In this document: one piece after another, positions 1 through 6,637 of the stretch
Numbering within the stretch: the first letter of the stretch is position 1
Layout: the number at the start of each line of letters is the position of its first letter
Assembly (NCBI GenBank): GCA_039714075.1
Contig: JBDLKA010000117.1
Location: 1-10,607 of the forward strand
Origin: Candidatus Krumholzibacteriota bacterium
GTDB lineage: Bacteria > Krumholzibacteriota > Krumholzibacteriia > LZORAL124-64-63
Reading direction: 5' to 3'
DNA length: 10,607 bases
Notes under the pieces: generated by a model
Seen by the model: the letters and a program-made list of their open reading frames with translations, nothing else
Databases searched by the model: none
Told to the model about the DNA's origin: nothing
Position numbers and translations under genes: made by a program

Positions 1-750
1 GTAGAGCTTCCCGGCCAGGGGATTTTCGTCGCCGTCGGAGGACAGGAAGAGGCGGCCCGCTCCCAGGATGGTGATGGTCGTGCCGTGCACGATGCCCTGC
101 GGTCCGATGTACATGTAGCTGCCGGCGGTCATCTGTCCGTAGCTGGTCACGCCCAGGGCGGCCATCCGCGTGTAGTCGTCGCCGCCGCTGTAGTTGGGAA
201 TGACCATGCCGTTGGTCACCACCACCCGCGGTGCGTCGGTCCCGCTGGGGAACAGGCCGTGGGGGTGGCCGGAATAGACGGCCAGGGTCTGATCCTCGGT
301 CATTTCCGCGAGGTACTTCATGGTCAGCAGATACTGCGCCCAGTTCTGGAAGACGGTTCCGTTCCCGCCGTAGGTGATCAGTTCGTAGGGGTGCTGGGCC
401 ACCACCGGATCCAGGTTGTTCTGGATCATCAGCATGATCGCGGCGGCCTGCGGGGTGCGCGCGGGATAGTCGCCGATGGCCCGCGCGTGCATGGCGTAGG
501 CCGGGCGGAAGCGGTGCATGTAGATGCGTCCCCAGCGCGCCAGTTCGGCGGCGAATTCCGGGGCCAGCACTTCGTGCAGATTTTCAGGAAAATAGCGTAA
601 GGCGTTGTGAAGAGAGAGTTTCTTTTCTTCTGTTGTCAAGGTCATGGGCCGTTCGGGAGCCCGGCTGATGTTGGGGTCCTCGGCGGGCATGTCCGGAAGC
701 GAGGCCGGAATCCCCTGGCGGATCTGCTGCTGAAATTCTTCCCGGGTCAT
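1..750 (-). CDS. hutU: Urocanate hydratase (urocanase), long N-terminal type; 5' part only (250 codons, runs off the left edge)
   Basis: Manual translation from ATG at 750 gives MTREEFQQQIRQGIPASLP...NALRYFP...GRIYMHRFRP...AAAIMLMIQNNLDPVVAQHPYELITYGGNGTVFQNWAQY...YSGHPHGLFPS...PRVVVTNGMVIPNYS...GVTSYGQMTAGSYMYIGPQGIVHGTTIT, with no stop to base 1. NNLDPxVA, YGQMTAGS and YIGPQGIVHGT are urocanase hallmarks. An SD-like GAGGT lies 6 nt upstream. Not in the ORF track. Confidence 0.97.
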   Translation of the reverse strand, partial: MTREEFQQQIRQGIPASLPDMPAEDPNISRAPERPMTLTTEEKKLSLHNALRYFPENLHEVLAPEFAAELARWGRIYMHRFRPAYAMHARAIGDYPARTPQAAAIMLMIQNNLDPVVAQHPYELITYGGNGTVFQNWAQYLLTMKYLAEMTEDQTLAVYSGHPHGLFPSGTDAPRVVVTNGMVIPNYSGGDDYTRMAALGVTSYGQMTAGSYMYIGPQGIVHGTTITILGAGRLFLSSDGDENPLAGKLY

Positions 751-808
751 GGGAATACCTCGGCGCGACGGGCGCGAAATGGAACGGATTGGGAATGTGT
801 GCGGGGGA

Positions 809-817
809 AAGATAGCA
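809..817 (-). promoter_or_regulatory. Possible extended -10 element (TGCTATCTT) for hutU
   Basis: Matches TG-n-TAnnnT about 60 nt upstream of the hutU ATG. Pattern match only. Confidence 0.3.
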
Positions 818-819
818 CA

Positions 820-845
820 AGGGGCCCCGCTTGCACAGGACCCCC
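820..845 (-). terminator. GC-rich hairpin, possible intrinsic terminator of the His-tail protein gene
   Basis: The minus strand reads GGGGGUCCUG-UGCAAG-CGGGGCCCCU, a 10-bp stem including three G-U pairs, followed by UGUGCUAUCUUU. It starts about 30 nt after the TAG at 877-879. The U-tract is weak. Confidence 0.45.
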
Positions 846-876
846 GGCCGGATCATTCGGATGTTGATTGGAACCG

Positions 877-1416
877 CTAGTGGTCGCCGTGGGGGTGGTC
901 CCCTTCAGGGTGATCCCCGTGGGTGTGATCCCCATGGCTTTCCGCGGCCACCATCTTTTTGTATTCGTCGATGGTCCGCTGCCCATGGGTGTGGATCATC
1001 TTGACGACCGCGGGATCATGGGAAGTCACCAGTTCGATGGTGCCGTTCTTGGTCTCGATGTGTTCAAAACTGGCGCCGGACATGTGCAGGCCGCCGTAGG
1101 ACTGGCAGAAGCCGCACAGGTACATCTTTTCACCGGTCATCATCTTTTCACCGGCGGCCTTCATGTTCTGCATGGAACGGGCGAAGGCCTCTTCATGACC
1201 GGGAGCCACGACGGTAATCGACACCATACCGTCCTTGGTCAGGTGGTTTTCCCAATCCATGGCCTCCATCAGACCCTCTTCGGCGGTCATGTTCTTGCAC
1301 ATGTCGCAGTTGTCCAGGTCGAACCAGGGCGTGGTCCCGGGAGCGGCGGCCAGCGGCAGGGCAAAGGCGGTCAGGGCGAACACGCCGAAAATCAGGGCAA
1401 GGCGTTTTCTGTTCAT
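877..1416 (-). CDS. Uncharacterised secreted protein (179 aa) with two CxxC motifs, Met-rich, and a His-rich C-terminal tail; putative metal-binding protein
   Basis: ATG at 1416 follows a strong SD (GGAGGA), so I prefer it to the ORF-track start at 1437. Sec-type signal peptide MNRKRLALIFGVFALTAFALPLAAA. Motifs C37-D-M-C40 and C101-G-F-C104. 14 Met and 14 His. Ends HGDHTHGDHPEGDHPHGDH. Confidence 0.85.
   Translation of the reverse strand: MNRKRLALIFGVFALTAFALPLAAAPGTTPWFDLDNCDMCKNMTAEEGLMEAMDWENHLTKDGMVSITVVAPGHEEAFARSMQNMKAAGEKMMTGEKMYLCGFCQSYGGLHMSGASFEHIETKNGTIELVTSHDPAVVKMIHTHGQRTIDEYKKMVAAESHGDHTHGDHPEGDHPHGDH
880..936 (-). repeat. Coding tandem repeat with 15-bp period (~4 units) encoding (H/E)-G-D-H-(T/P)
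   Basis: Translates as HGDHT-HGDHP-EGDHP-HGDH. The DNA units are degenerate at synonymous positions. Confidence 0.85.
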
Positions 1417-1465
1417 GGCGGGGGTCCTCCAATCCACAGGGAAAAAGTCTCAGGTCACGTTGGTG

Positions 1466-1486
1466 GATCGGACAAGGTGTCCGATC
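1466..1486. promoter_or_regulatory. Perfect 9-bp inverted repeat GATCGGACA-agg-TGTCCGATC (operator or RNA hairpin)
   Basis: Seen directly in the 96-bp gap between the mmuM stop and the His-tail gene start. No U-tract follows it on the minus strand. Confidence 0.5.
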
Positions 1487-1495
1487 GTTGGCATC

Positions 1496-1524
1496 ATCCT
1501 AAGCACGAGTTGTCAATCGAGCAA
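1496..1524 (-). promoter_or_regulatory. Candidate sigma70 promoter for the His-tail protein gene (TTGCTC-N17-TAGGAT)
   Basis: The -35 (1519-1524) lies inside the last codons of mmuM and the -10 is at 1496-1501, with an exact 17-nt spacer. Pattern match only. Confidence 0.35.
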
Positions 1525-2463
1525 GACCGCGCGAAGTTCGGCGATGGCCTCCGGTCCGATCCGACAGCAACCGCCGATGACCCTGACCCCTGCATCCAGC
1601 CACTGCGAAGCCGCCGCGGCCAGGTTCCCGCCCGAGGCGCCGGCCCGCCAGGATTTCCCGGCGGGATCGAATACCTCGCCGGAGTTGGGATAGGCGATCA
1701 GGGGCAGGTCCGTGACGGAGCGGGCAACGGACATCAGCGGGGTGATGAATTCCGGCGCCGTGCAGTTGGCCCCGATCCCCGCCACCCGCGGATGAGCGGC
1801 GCAGATTTCGACGGCTTCGCCGAAAGGTGTGCCGTTGCACAGGCGCTCGCCGTCCCGGCAACTGAAGCTGAACCAGGCCCAGCGGTCCGGCGTGTCGTTC
1901 AGCAGGTCCAGAAGGACGACGGCCTCACGCAGGCTGGGCAGGGTTTCGCAGGCCAGAAGATCGGCCTGGCCGCGGGCCAGCACATGCCAGCGCTCCCGGT
2001 GGAAATCCGCCAGTTCCTCGTCGTCGATGCCATAGTCGCCCGTGTATTCCGAGCCATCGGCCAGGAAGGCGCCGTACGGCCCCACACTGGCCGCCACAAG
2101 GGGCTTCACACGGACGGACCGGTTGCGGGGCAGGGACCAGAATTCATCCCGGGCATCAACGGCCAACGCCACCGCGAGATCCAGCTGGGCCTGGGCCTGC
2201 TCGTGATCCAGCCCCCGCTTCATCAGGCCCCGAAAGCTGGCCTGGTAGGTGGCGGTCGTGATGCAATCCGCGCCCGCGGCCAGGAAATCCCCATGCACGC
2301 GGCCGATGGCCTCGGGTTCCTCGAGCAGGACCCGGGCGGACCACAGTTCGTCGTTCAGGTCGTAGCGGCGGTCTTCCAGGGTGGTGGCCAGACCGCCGTC
2401 CAGGATCACGGCGCGTTGCCTTTCCAGGATGGAGACAAGAGGATTGTCGGACGGCCGGGTCAT
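1513..2463 (-). CDS. mmuM: Homocysteine S-methyltransferase (S-methylmethionine/SAM:homocysteine methyltransferase), 316 aa
   Basis: Motifs ILDGGLATTLE, LWSA, GADCITTATYQAS, AASVGPYGAFLADGSEYTGDY, ETLPS, GANC, YPNSGE and IGGCC (the Zn-binding Cys triad). SD GGAGGAGG lies upstream. Confidence 0.95.
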   Translation of the reverse strand: MTRPSDNPLVSILERQRAVILDGGLATTLEDRRYDLNDELWSARVLLEEPEAIGRVHGDFLAAGADCITTATYQASFRGLMKRGLDHEQAQAQLDLAVALAVDARDEFWSLPRNRSVRVKPLVAASVGPYGAFLADGSEYTGDYGIDDEELADFHRERWHVLARGQADLLACETLPSLREAVVLLDLLNDTPDRWAWFSFSCRDGERLCNGTPFGEAVEICAAHPRVAGIGANCTAPEFITPLMSVARSVTDLPLIAYPNSGEVFDPAGKSWRAGASGGNLAAAASQWLDAGVRVIGGCCRIGPEAIAELRAVLLD

Positions 2464-2626
2464 GACGGATCCCTCCTCCGGGATGGTGTACGGGAATCAT
2501 AAGCACAGGGTGACGATACGGCACCAACCGAAGGCGCGTTGAAATATCCGATCCCCAAGCGGGGTGAAATCCGTTATAGTGGCCCGCGCCTGGGATAGTA
2601 TTCCCTTTAACGCGAGGATGATAGTC

Positions 2627-3169
2627 ATGGCCTCCATCGTTGATCGAATGATCCGTGCCGCCAGGTTGGACGTCGGCCTGTACGAGGAAATTGAAAAAGA
2701 CGAGGGAAGCATGGGCCAGGCCATGGCCGTGGTGGCCATATCGAGCGTGGCCGCGGGCATCGGCAGCGCCGGTTTCCTGGGTCCGGTAGGTTTGATCGGC
2801 GGTGCCCTGGCCGCCCTGGTCGGTTGGTTCATCTGGGCCCTGCTGGCTCATTTCATCGGCACGACCGTGCTCGCCGAACCCGCTACCCGCGCCAGCCTGG
2901 TGCAGGTCATGCGGGTGACCGGTTTTTCCGCCGCCCCTGGCGTCATCCGCATTTTCGCCTTCATACCCCTGCTCGGCACCCTGGTGAACCTGGCCGCGTC
3001 CCTGTGGATGCTGGCCGCTTTCATCGTGGCCGTCCGCCAGGTCCTGAATTACAGCAGCACCGGCCGCTCGGTCGCCGTGTGCCTGCTGGGCTGGCTGGTT
3101 CAGATCGTCATCTTTTCCCTGTTGGCCATGATCGGGCTCGGCGGCATCGCCCTGATGTCCGCGCGTTGA
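2627..3169 (+). CDS. Yip1-family integral membrane protein (180 aa, ~5 TM)
   Basis: ATG at 2627 follows GAGGA, so I prefer it to the ORF-track start at 2564. An amphipathic N-terminus (IVDRMIRAARLDVGLYEEIEKD) precedes about 5 hydrophobic segments with RVTGFSAAPG and VAVRQVLNY, as in bacterial YIP1 proteins. Confidence 0.8.
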   Translation: MASIVDRMIRAARLDVGLYEEIEKDEGSMGQAMAVVAISSVAAGIGSAGFLGPVGLIGGALAALVGWFIWALLAHFIGTTVLAEPATRASLVQVMRVTGFSAAPGVIRIFAFIPLLGTLVNLAASLWMLAAFIVAVRQVLNYSSTGRSVAVCLLGWLVQIVIFSLLAMIGLGGIALMSAR

Positions 3170-3194
3170 CCTTGATTCCATCCGGAGGATTTCC

Positions 3195-4463
3195 ATGCTT
3201 CGCAAAGCCGTAGTTTTCATATTGTGCCTCGTCCTGACCGGTCTGGTTTTCGGCGCAGCCCTGGCCGCCGACCCCGTGTACCGTGAGAAAAACGAATATC
3301 CCGTCCTGGACGAGATGACGGCCGAGCGCGATTCCCTGCTGGCGTTACGGGATTCGGTCCGGTCCGAAGTGGACGCCCTGTACAAGGAGCAGGCGAAGGC
3401 GAAGAAGGATGCCCACCAGGATCTGCGGGTCGACTGGTCGCAAATCGAAACGCCCACCGGGCCGGACCAGTTCGATCAGCTCTGGCACACCCCGCCTGTG
3501 CCCCAGTACTACACGGGAACCTGCTGGGCCTTCTGCTCGACCTCCTACATGGAGAGCGAAGCCAAGCGCATCGGCGGCGTGGATGTGAAGCTGTCGGAAA
3601 TGTGGGTCGTCTATTGGGAGTACGTGGAGAAGGCGCGCAGCTTCCTGCAGGAGTTCGGCCACACGCCGGTGGACCAGGGAGGGCAGGATCACGGCACGCT
3701 GGAAATCCTGCGCCAATACGGCGCGGTGCCCCAGGAAGCCTACGCGGGAGTCCTGGACAGCCAGGGACGCCATGACCACACCCTGTTGATCAAGGAGCTC
3801 AAGGGATACCTGAAATGGGTTCTGGAAAGCGGGACCTGGGATGAGGACCAGAACATGGCCTACGTCCGGTCCATCCTGGACAAGCACATGGGGCCCGTTC
3901 CGAGCGAGTTCGCGTGGGAAGGGAAAACCTATACCCCGCAGGTCTTTCTCTCGGATGTCCTCCAACTCGACATGAACCGGTTCCGTTCGGTCGTCTCGCG
4001 CATGGACGAGCCGTTCAACAGCGAGGTCCTGCTGGACGTGCACGACAACTGGCGGCGCAAGGACAACTACCTCAATCTGCCCCTGGATGATTTCTACGCC
4101 GTGGTCAAGAACGCGGTTCAGGACGGCTACACCGTTTCCATCGGCGGCGACAACAGCGAAGCCGGCATGGACGGCAAGTTCGACGTCGCCATCGTGCCGG
4201 AGTGGGACATCCCGTCGGAGTACATCAACCAGGGCAGCCGGGAATTCCGCATCGCCAACAGGACCACCGGCGACGATCACGGGGTCCATGTGGTGGGGTT
4301 CAAAGAGATCGGCGGCCGGGACTGGTTCCTGATCAAGGACAGCAATCGCAGCAGCCGCCTCGGGAGCCACAAGGGTTACTATTTTTGGGATGGGGATTAC
4401 ATCAAGTTGAAGATGCTTTCGTTTACCATTCATGAGGATCGGCTGAAGGAGTATTTGAACTAA
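3195..4463 (+). CDS. Secreted papain-family (C1) cysteine peptidase, aminopeptidase C/bleomycin hydrolase-like, 422 aa
   Basis: SD GGAGGA at 3184-3189. Signal peptide ending ALA-A. Q104-YYTGT-C110-WAF supplies the oxyanion Gln and catalytic Cys. Also LSEM, DD-H362-GVHVVG and WFLIK-D382-S. Confidence 0.92.
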   Translation: MLRKAVVFILCLVLTGLVFGAALAADPVYREKNEYPVLDEMTAERDSLLALRDSVRSEVDALYKEQAKAKKDAHQDLRVDWSQIETPTGPDQFDQLWHTPPVPQYYTGTCWAFCSTSYMESEAKRIGGVDVKLSEMWVVYWEYVEKARSFLQEFGHTPVDQGGQDHGTLEILRQYGAVPQEAYAGVLDSQGRHDHTLLIKELKGYLKWVLESGTWDEDQNMAYVRSILDKHMGPVPSEFAWEGKTYTPQVFLSDVLQLDMNRFRSVVSRMDEPFNSEVLLDVHDNWRRKDNYLNLPLDDFYAVVKNAVQDGYTVSIGGDNSEAGMDGKFDVAIVPEWDIPSEYINQGSREFRIANRTTGDDHGVHVVGFKEIGGRDWFLIKDSNRSSRLGSHKGYYFWDGDYIKLKMLSFTIHEDRLKEYLN

Positions 4464-4470
4464 AGTTCCG

Positions 4471-4577
4471 GCGTCATCGGCACGCAAACGCAAACGATCC
4501 CGGATGTCCTCGTCGCGATTCTTCGAATCGCATCCTGCGGATTACCGGGATCGTTTGCGTTTGCGTGCCGATGGCGC
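4471..4577. repeat. 107-bp nested palindrome between convergent genes (33-bp arms plus an inner 7-bp hairpin)
   Basis: Arm 4471-4503 (GCGTCATCGGCACGCAAACGCAAACGATCCCGG) is the reverse complement of arm 4545-4577 at 32 of 33 positions, and the exception is a U-G wobble on the plus strand. The inner hairpin GCGATTC-TTC-GAATCGC is at 4515-4531. Confidence 0.92.
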
Positions 4578-4589
4578 TGCACCTTCAGA

Positions 4590-5804
4590 TCATTCCTCCC
4601 ACAGGATCCGGTATGAAATGACTTCCAGATCATCGTCATCGAAGCGGGGGTGGTCGGGATCGTCATCGTCGTAGCCCCCTGAAGAGGCATTGCGCACCAT
4701 GACCAGGCGGTTGTTGCCGACCAGGTACCAGCGGTCGAACAATGGGTCGCCCTCGCCCACGATGTCCACCTGGTGCGTGAAATTTCCCTCCAGGTCGAAC
4801 AGGTCGTAGCGCACCATCACGCCCGGCGGCAGGTCGTTGTGGCTGGCTCCCGACTCGATCCAGATTTCCGTGCCCCAGCGGTTTTCCATGATCCACAGTT
4901 TTTCGATGCAGGGGGCCTTGTCGCCCACGACGATGGGCAGGCCGGTTTTTTCCCACTTTTTCTCGATGCGCCGACGAATTTTCCGGATAGCGGATTCGGG
5001 ACGGTCGGGGCTTTCGAATCCACGGGTTGTTTCGAGCATTACCTGACCGGAGGCGTCAATCGCCCGCAGGAGATACCGGTCACGCTCCGGGGCGATCCAG
5101 ACCCTTCCGGCCTCGTCCAGGTCCCAGCGCCCGGCCAGCGGATTGTAGTAGCGGCTTTCGTCTACCTTGTCGTCGAGGGATCCCTGGAGATAGGCGTCGG
5201 CGAGGTCCAGGTAGACCGGGCCGATGGTTCCGTCCGGTGCGCAGCCCACCAGCATCTCTTCGCTGACCACACCTTCCTCGGTGAAGGTGGACCTGGTCAT
5301 ACCCAGCAGGAGGGAGCCGTGCCTGAAGCGTCCGAACCAACAGCCCAGGATCGCCTCGGGGTCGCCCTCGATTTCCGGAGTCGTATTCCCGGCCGGGTCG
5401 CCGCCCGCGTCGAGCCAGACGATGCCCGCCGGGTAGCGATTCAACAGGCCGAGCCGGTCGTCTCCGACCAGCAGGTTGCTGGCCATGGTGGTCTCGCCGG
5501 GACCCTCACCCTTGCGGCCGCGGACGTACAGGAACTTCCCGGCGGGGTCGAAGACGTAGGTTTCCTGCTGCTGGTAATCGAGAATGCAGGTGTTCCCCGC
5601 GGCGTCGCAGGCGACATCGATGATGAATCCGAACATGAAATCCTCACCCTCGGGTCCGGCGCGCCATTCCTCTTTCAGGTTCCAGTTGCGGATGGTCCGT
5701 GAGGGCAGGGGGCCGTTTTCGACCAGGACGGGTTCGGCCGCGCAAGCTGGATTAAAAGTCAGGCCGATCAGCAGGATCAATATTGGACAGGAAAATAATT
5801 GCAT
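4590..5804 (-). CDS. Secreted 6-bladed beta-propeller (NHL/TolB-like) protein, 404 aa, function unknown
   Basis: N-terminal signal peptide ending PACA. FGFIIDVACDAAGNTCILDYQQQETYVFDPAGKFLYVRGRKGEGPGE is a typical NHL/6-blade propeller blade. Further blades include WDLDEAGRVWIA and YDLFDLEGNF. SD GGGAG lies upstream. Confidence 0.75.
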   Translation of the reverse strand: MQLFSCPILILLIGLTFNPACAAEPVLVENGPLPSRTIRNWNLKEEWRAGPEGEDFMFGFIIDVACDAAGNTCILDYQQQETYVFDPAGKFLYVRGRKGEGPGETTMASNLLVGDDRLGLLNRYPAGIVWLDAGGDPAGNTTPEIEGDPEAILGCWFGRFRHGSLLLGMTRSTFTEEGVVSEEMLVGCAPDGTIGPVYLDLADAYLQGSLDDKVDESRYYNPLAGRWDLDEAGRVWIAPERDRYLLRAIDASGQVMLETTRGFESPDRPESAIRKIRRRIEKKWEKTGLPIVVGDKAPCIEKLWIMENRWGTEIWIESGASHNDLPPGVMVRYDLFDLEGNFTHQVDIVGEGDPLFDRWYLVGNNRLVMVRNASSGGYDDDDPDHPRFDDDDLEVISYRILWEE

Positions 5805-5928
5805 ATCATGGCTCCCGGCGAGGGTGGAACAAAAAAACGCTTATTCCAGTATAAATGGGATGAACCATTTTCGGTTCCCCCGATTCTTTCGGAAACAACC
5901 GTTTCACATCCCCTTCGAAAGGGCAATC

Positions 5929-6627
5929 GTGAACAGTAATTTTCGTCCCCTGGCGAGCCGCCTGATGCGGCACTGGATTTTTTCCACGTCGCTGATGGTT
6001 CTTTCGGTCCTGGGTTTCCGCTCGGCCATCGCCGACTGGAACGACGTGCCCACCGGTTCCATGAAGCCGACCATCCTGATCGGCGACCGTATCTACGTGA
6101 ACAAGCTGGCCTACGACCTGAAGGTTCCCTTCCTGGGCCACCGCCTGGTCACCTGGGGTGATCCCGCAAGGGGAGACGTGGTGATCTGCTGGTCGCCCGC
6201 GGACGGCGCCCGACTGGTCAAACGGGTGGTCGGCGTGCCGGGCGACGTCATCGAGATGAAGAGCGGCCGGCTGGTCATCAACGGCGAGGCCCTGGACTAC
6301 CGGAGGGCCGACGGGGCGGACTTCGACCGGGCCCTGGGATCCGAAGCCGACCAATACCTGTTTTACACCGAGGACCTGGCCGGCCACAGCCACATCGTGG
6401 CGGCCATGCCGGGCCAACGCGCCGCCCGGAATTTCGGGCCGGTTGCCATCGGTCCGGATCAGTATTTCATGATGGGTGACAACCGGGACAACAGCGCCGA
6501 TTCCCGCTACTTCGGTTTTGTGCCCCGGTCCGACGTGGTGGGCCGCGTGGAGGGGATCGCCTTCTCGCTGGACTACGAGGACCATTACAAGCCCCGCTGG
6601 TGGCGTTTTTTCACCCAGCTGATCTAG
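5929..6627 (+). CDS. lepB: Signal peptidase I (S26), ~232 aa, single N-terminal TM
   Basis: Box B VPTGSMKPT (catalytic Ser), box C GDVV, box D LVKRVVGVPGD (catalytic Lys) and box E GDNRDNSADSRYFG. The start is probably the GTG at 5929 after GAAAGGG, with ATGs at 5860 and 5965 as alternatives. The ORF-track start at 5584 overlaps the divergent gene. It may be a paralogue rather than the main lepB. Confidence 0.93.
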   Translation: MNSNFRPLASRLMRHWIFSTSLMVLSVLGFRSAIADWNDVPTGSMKPTILIGDRIYVNKLAYDLKVPFLGHRLVTWGDPARGDVVICWSPADGARLVKRVVGVPGDVIEMKSGRLVINGEALDYRRADGADFDRALGSEADQYLFYTEDLAGHSHIVAAMPGQRAARNFGPVAIGPDQYFMMGDNRDNSADSRYFGFVPRSDVVGRVEGIAFSLDYEDHYKPRWWRFFTQLI

Positions 6628-6637
6628 GGCTCCAAAA

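Noticed and set aside
85..600. 171-aa plus-strand ORF (also 607..867 and 584..856)
   Set aside because: These are antisense or off-frame shadows of hutU, whose minus-strand frame carries clear urocanase motifs.
1105..1308. c-type cytochrome call for the CxxC protein
   Set aside because: Neither motif is CxxCH (they are CDMCK and CGFCQ) and no maturation genes are nearby. It is kept only as a minor alternative.
868..2502. 544-aa plus-strand ORF
   Set aside because: It is the antisense shadow of mmuM and the His-tail gene. Long stop-free antisense frames are expected at high GC3, and it has no recognisable motifs.
2464..2626. Possible SAM riboswitch upstream of mmuM
   Set aside because: I see no SAM-I core (AUC...GAGGGA...GCAACC...GAU) or SAM-II pattern, only short 4-5 bp hairpins such as ATCCC-GGAGGA-GGGAT around the SD. 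An Rfam scan would be decisive.
2156..4493. 433-aa and 382-aa minus-strand ORFs
   Set aside because: They overlap mmuM out of frame or lie antisense to the Yip1 and C1 peptidase genes, and have no family motifs.
4471..4577. CRISPR array or tRNA
   Set aside because: The repeats are inverted, not direct repeats with spacers. There is no cloverleaf or T-loop consensus and no cas genes.
5826..5905. Short inverted repeats (GAACC-N6-GGTTC, GAAAC-N4-GTTTC) and ECF-like GGAAC motifs in the propeller/lepB spacer
   Set aside because: The 5-bp arms and loose motifs are too likely to arise by chance to support a call.
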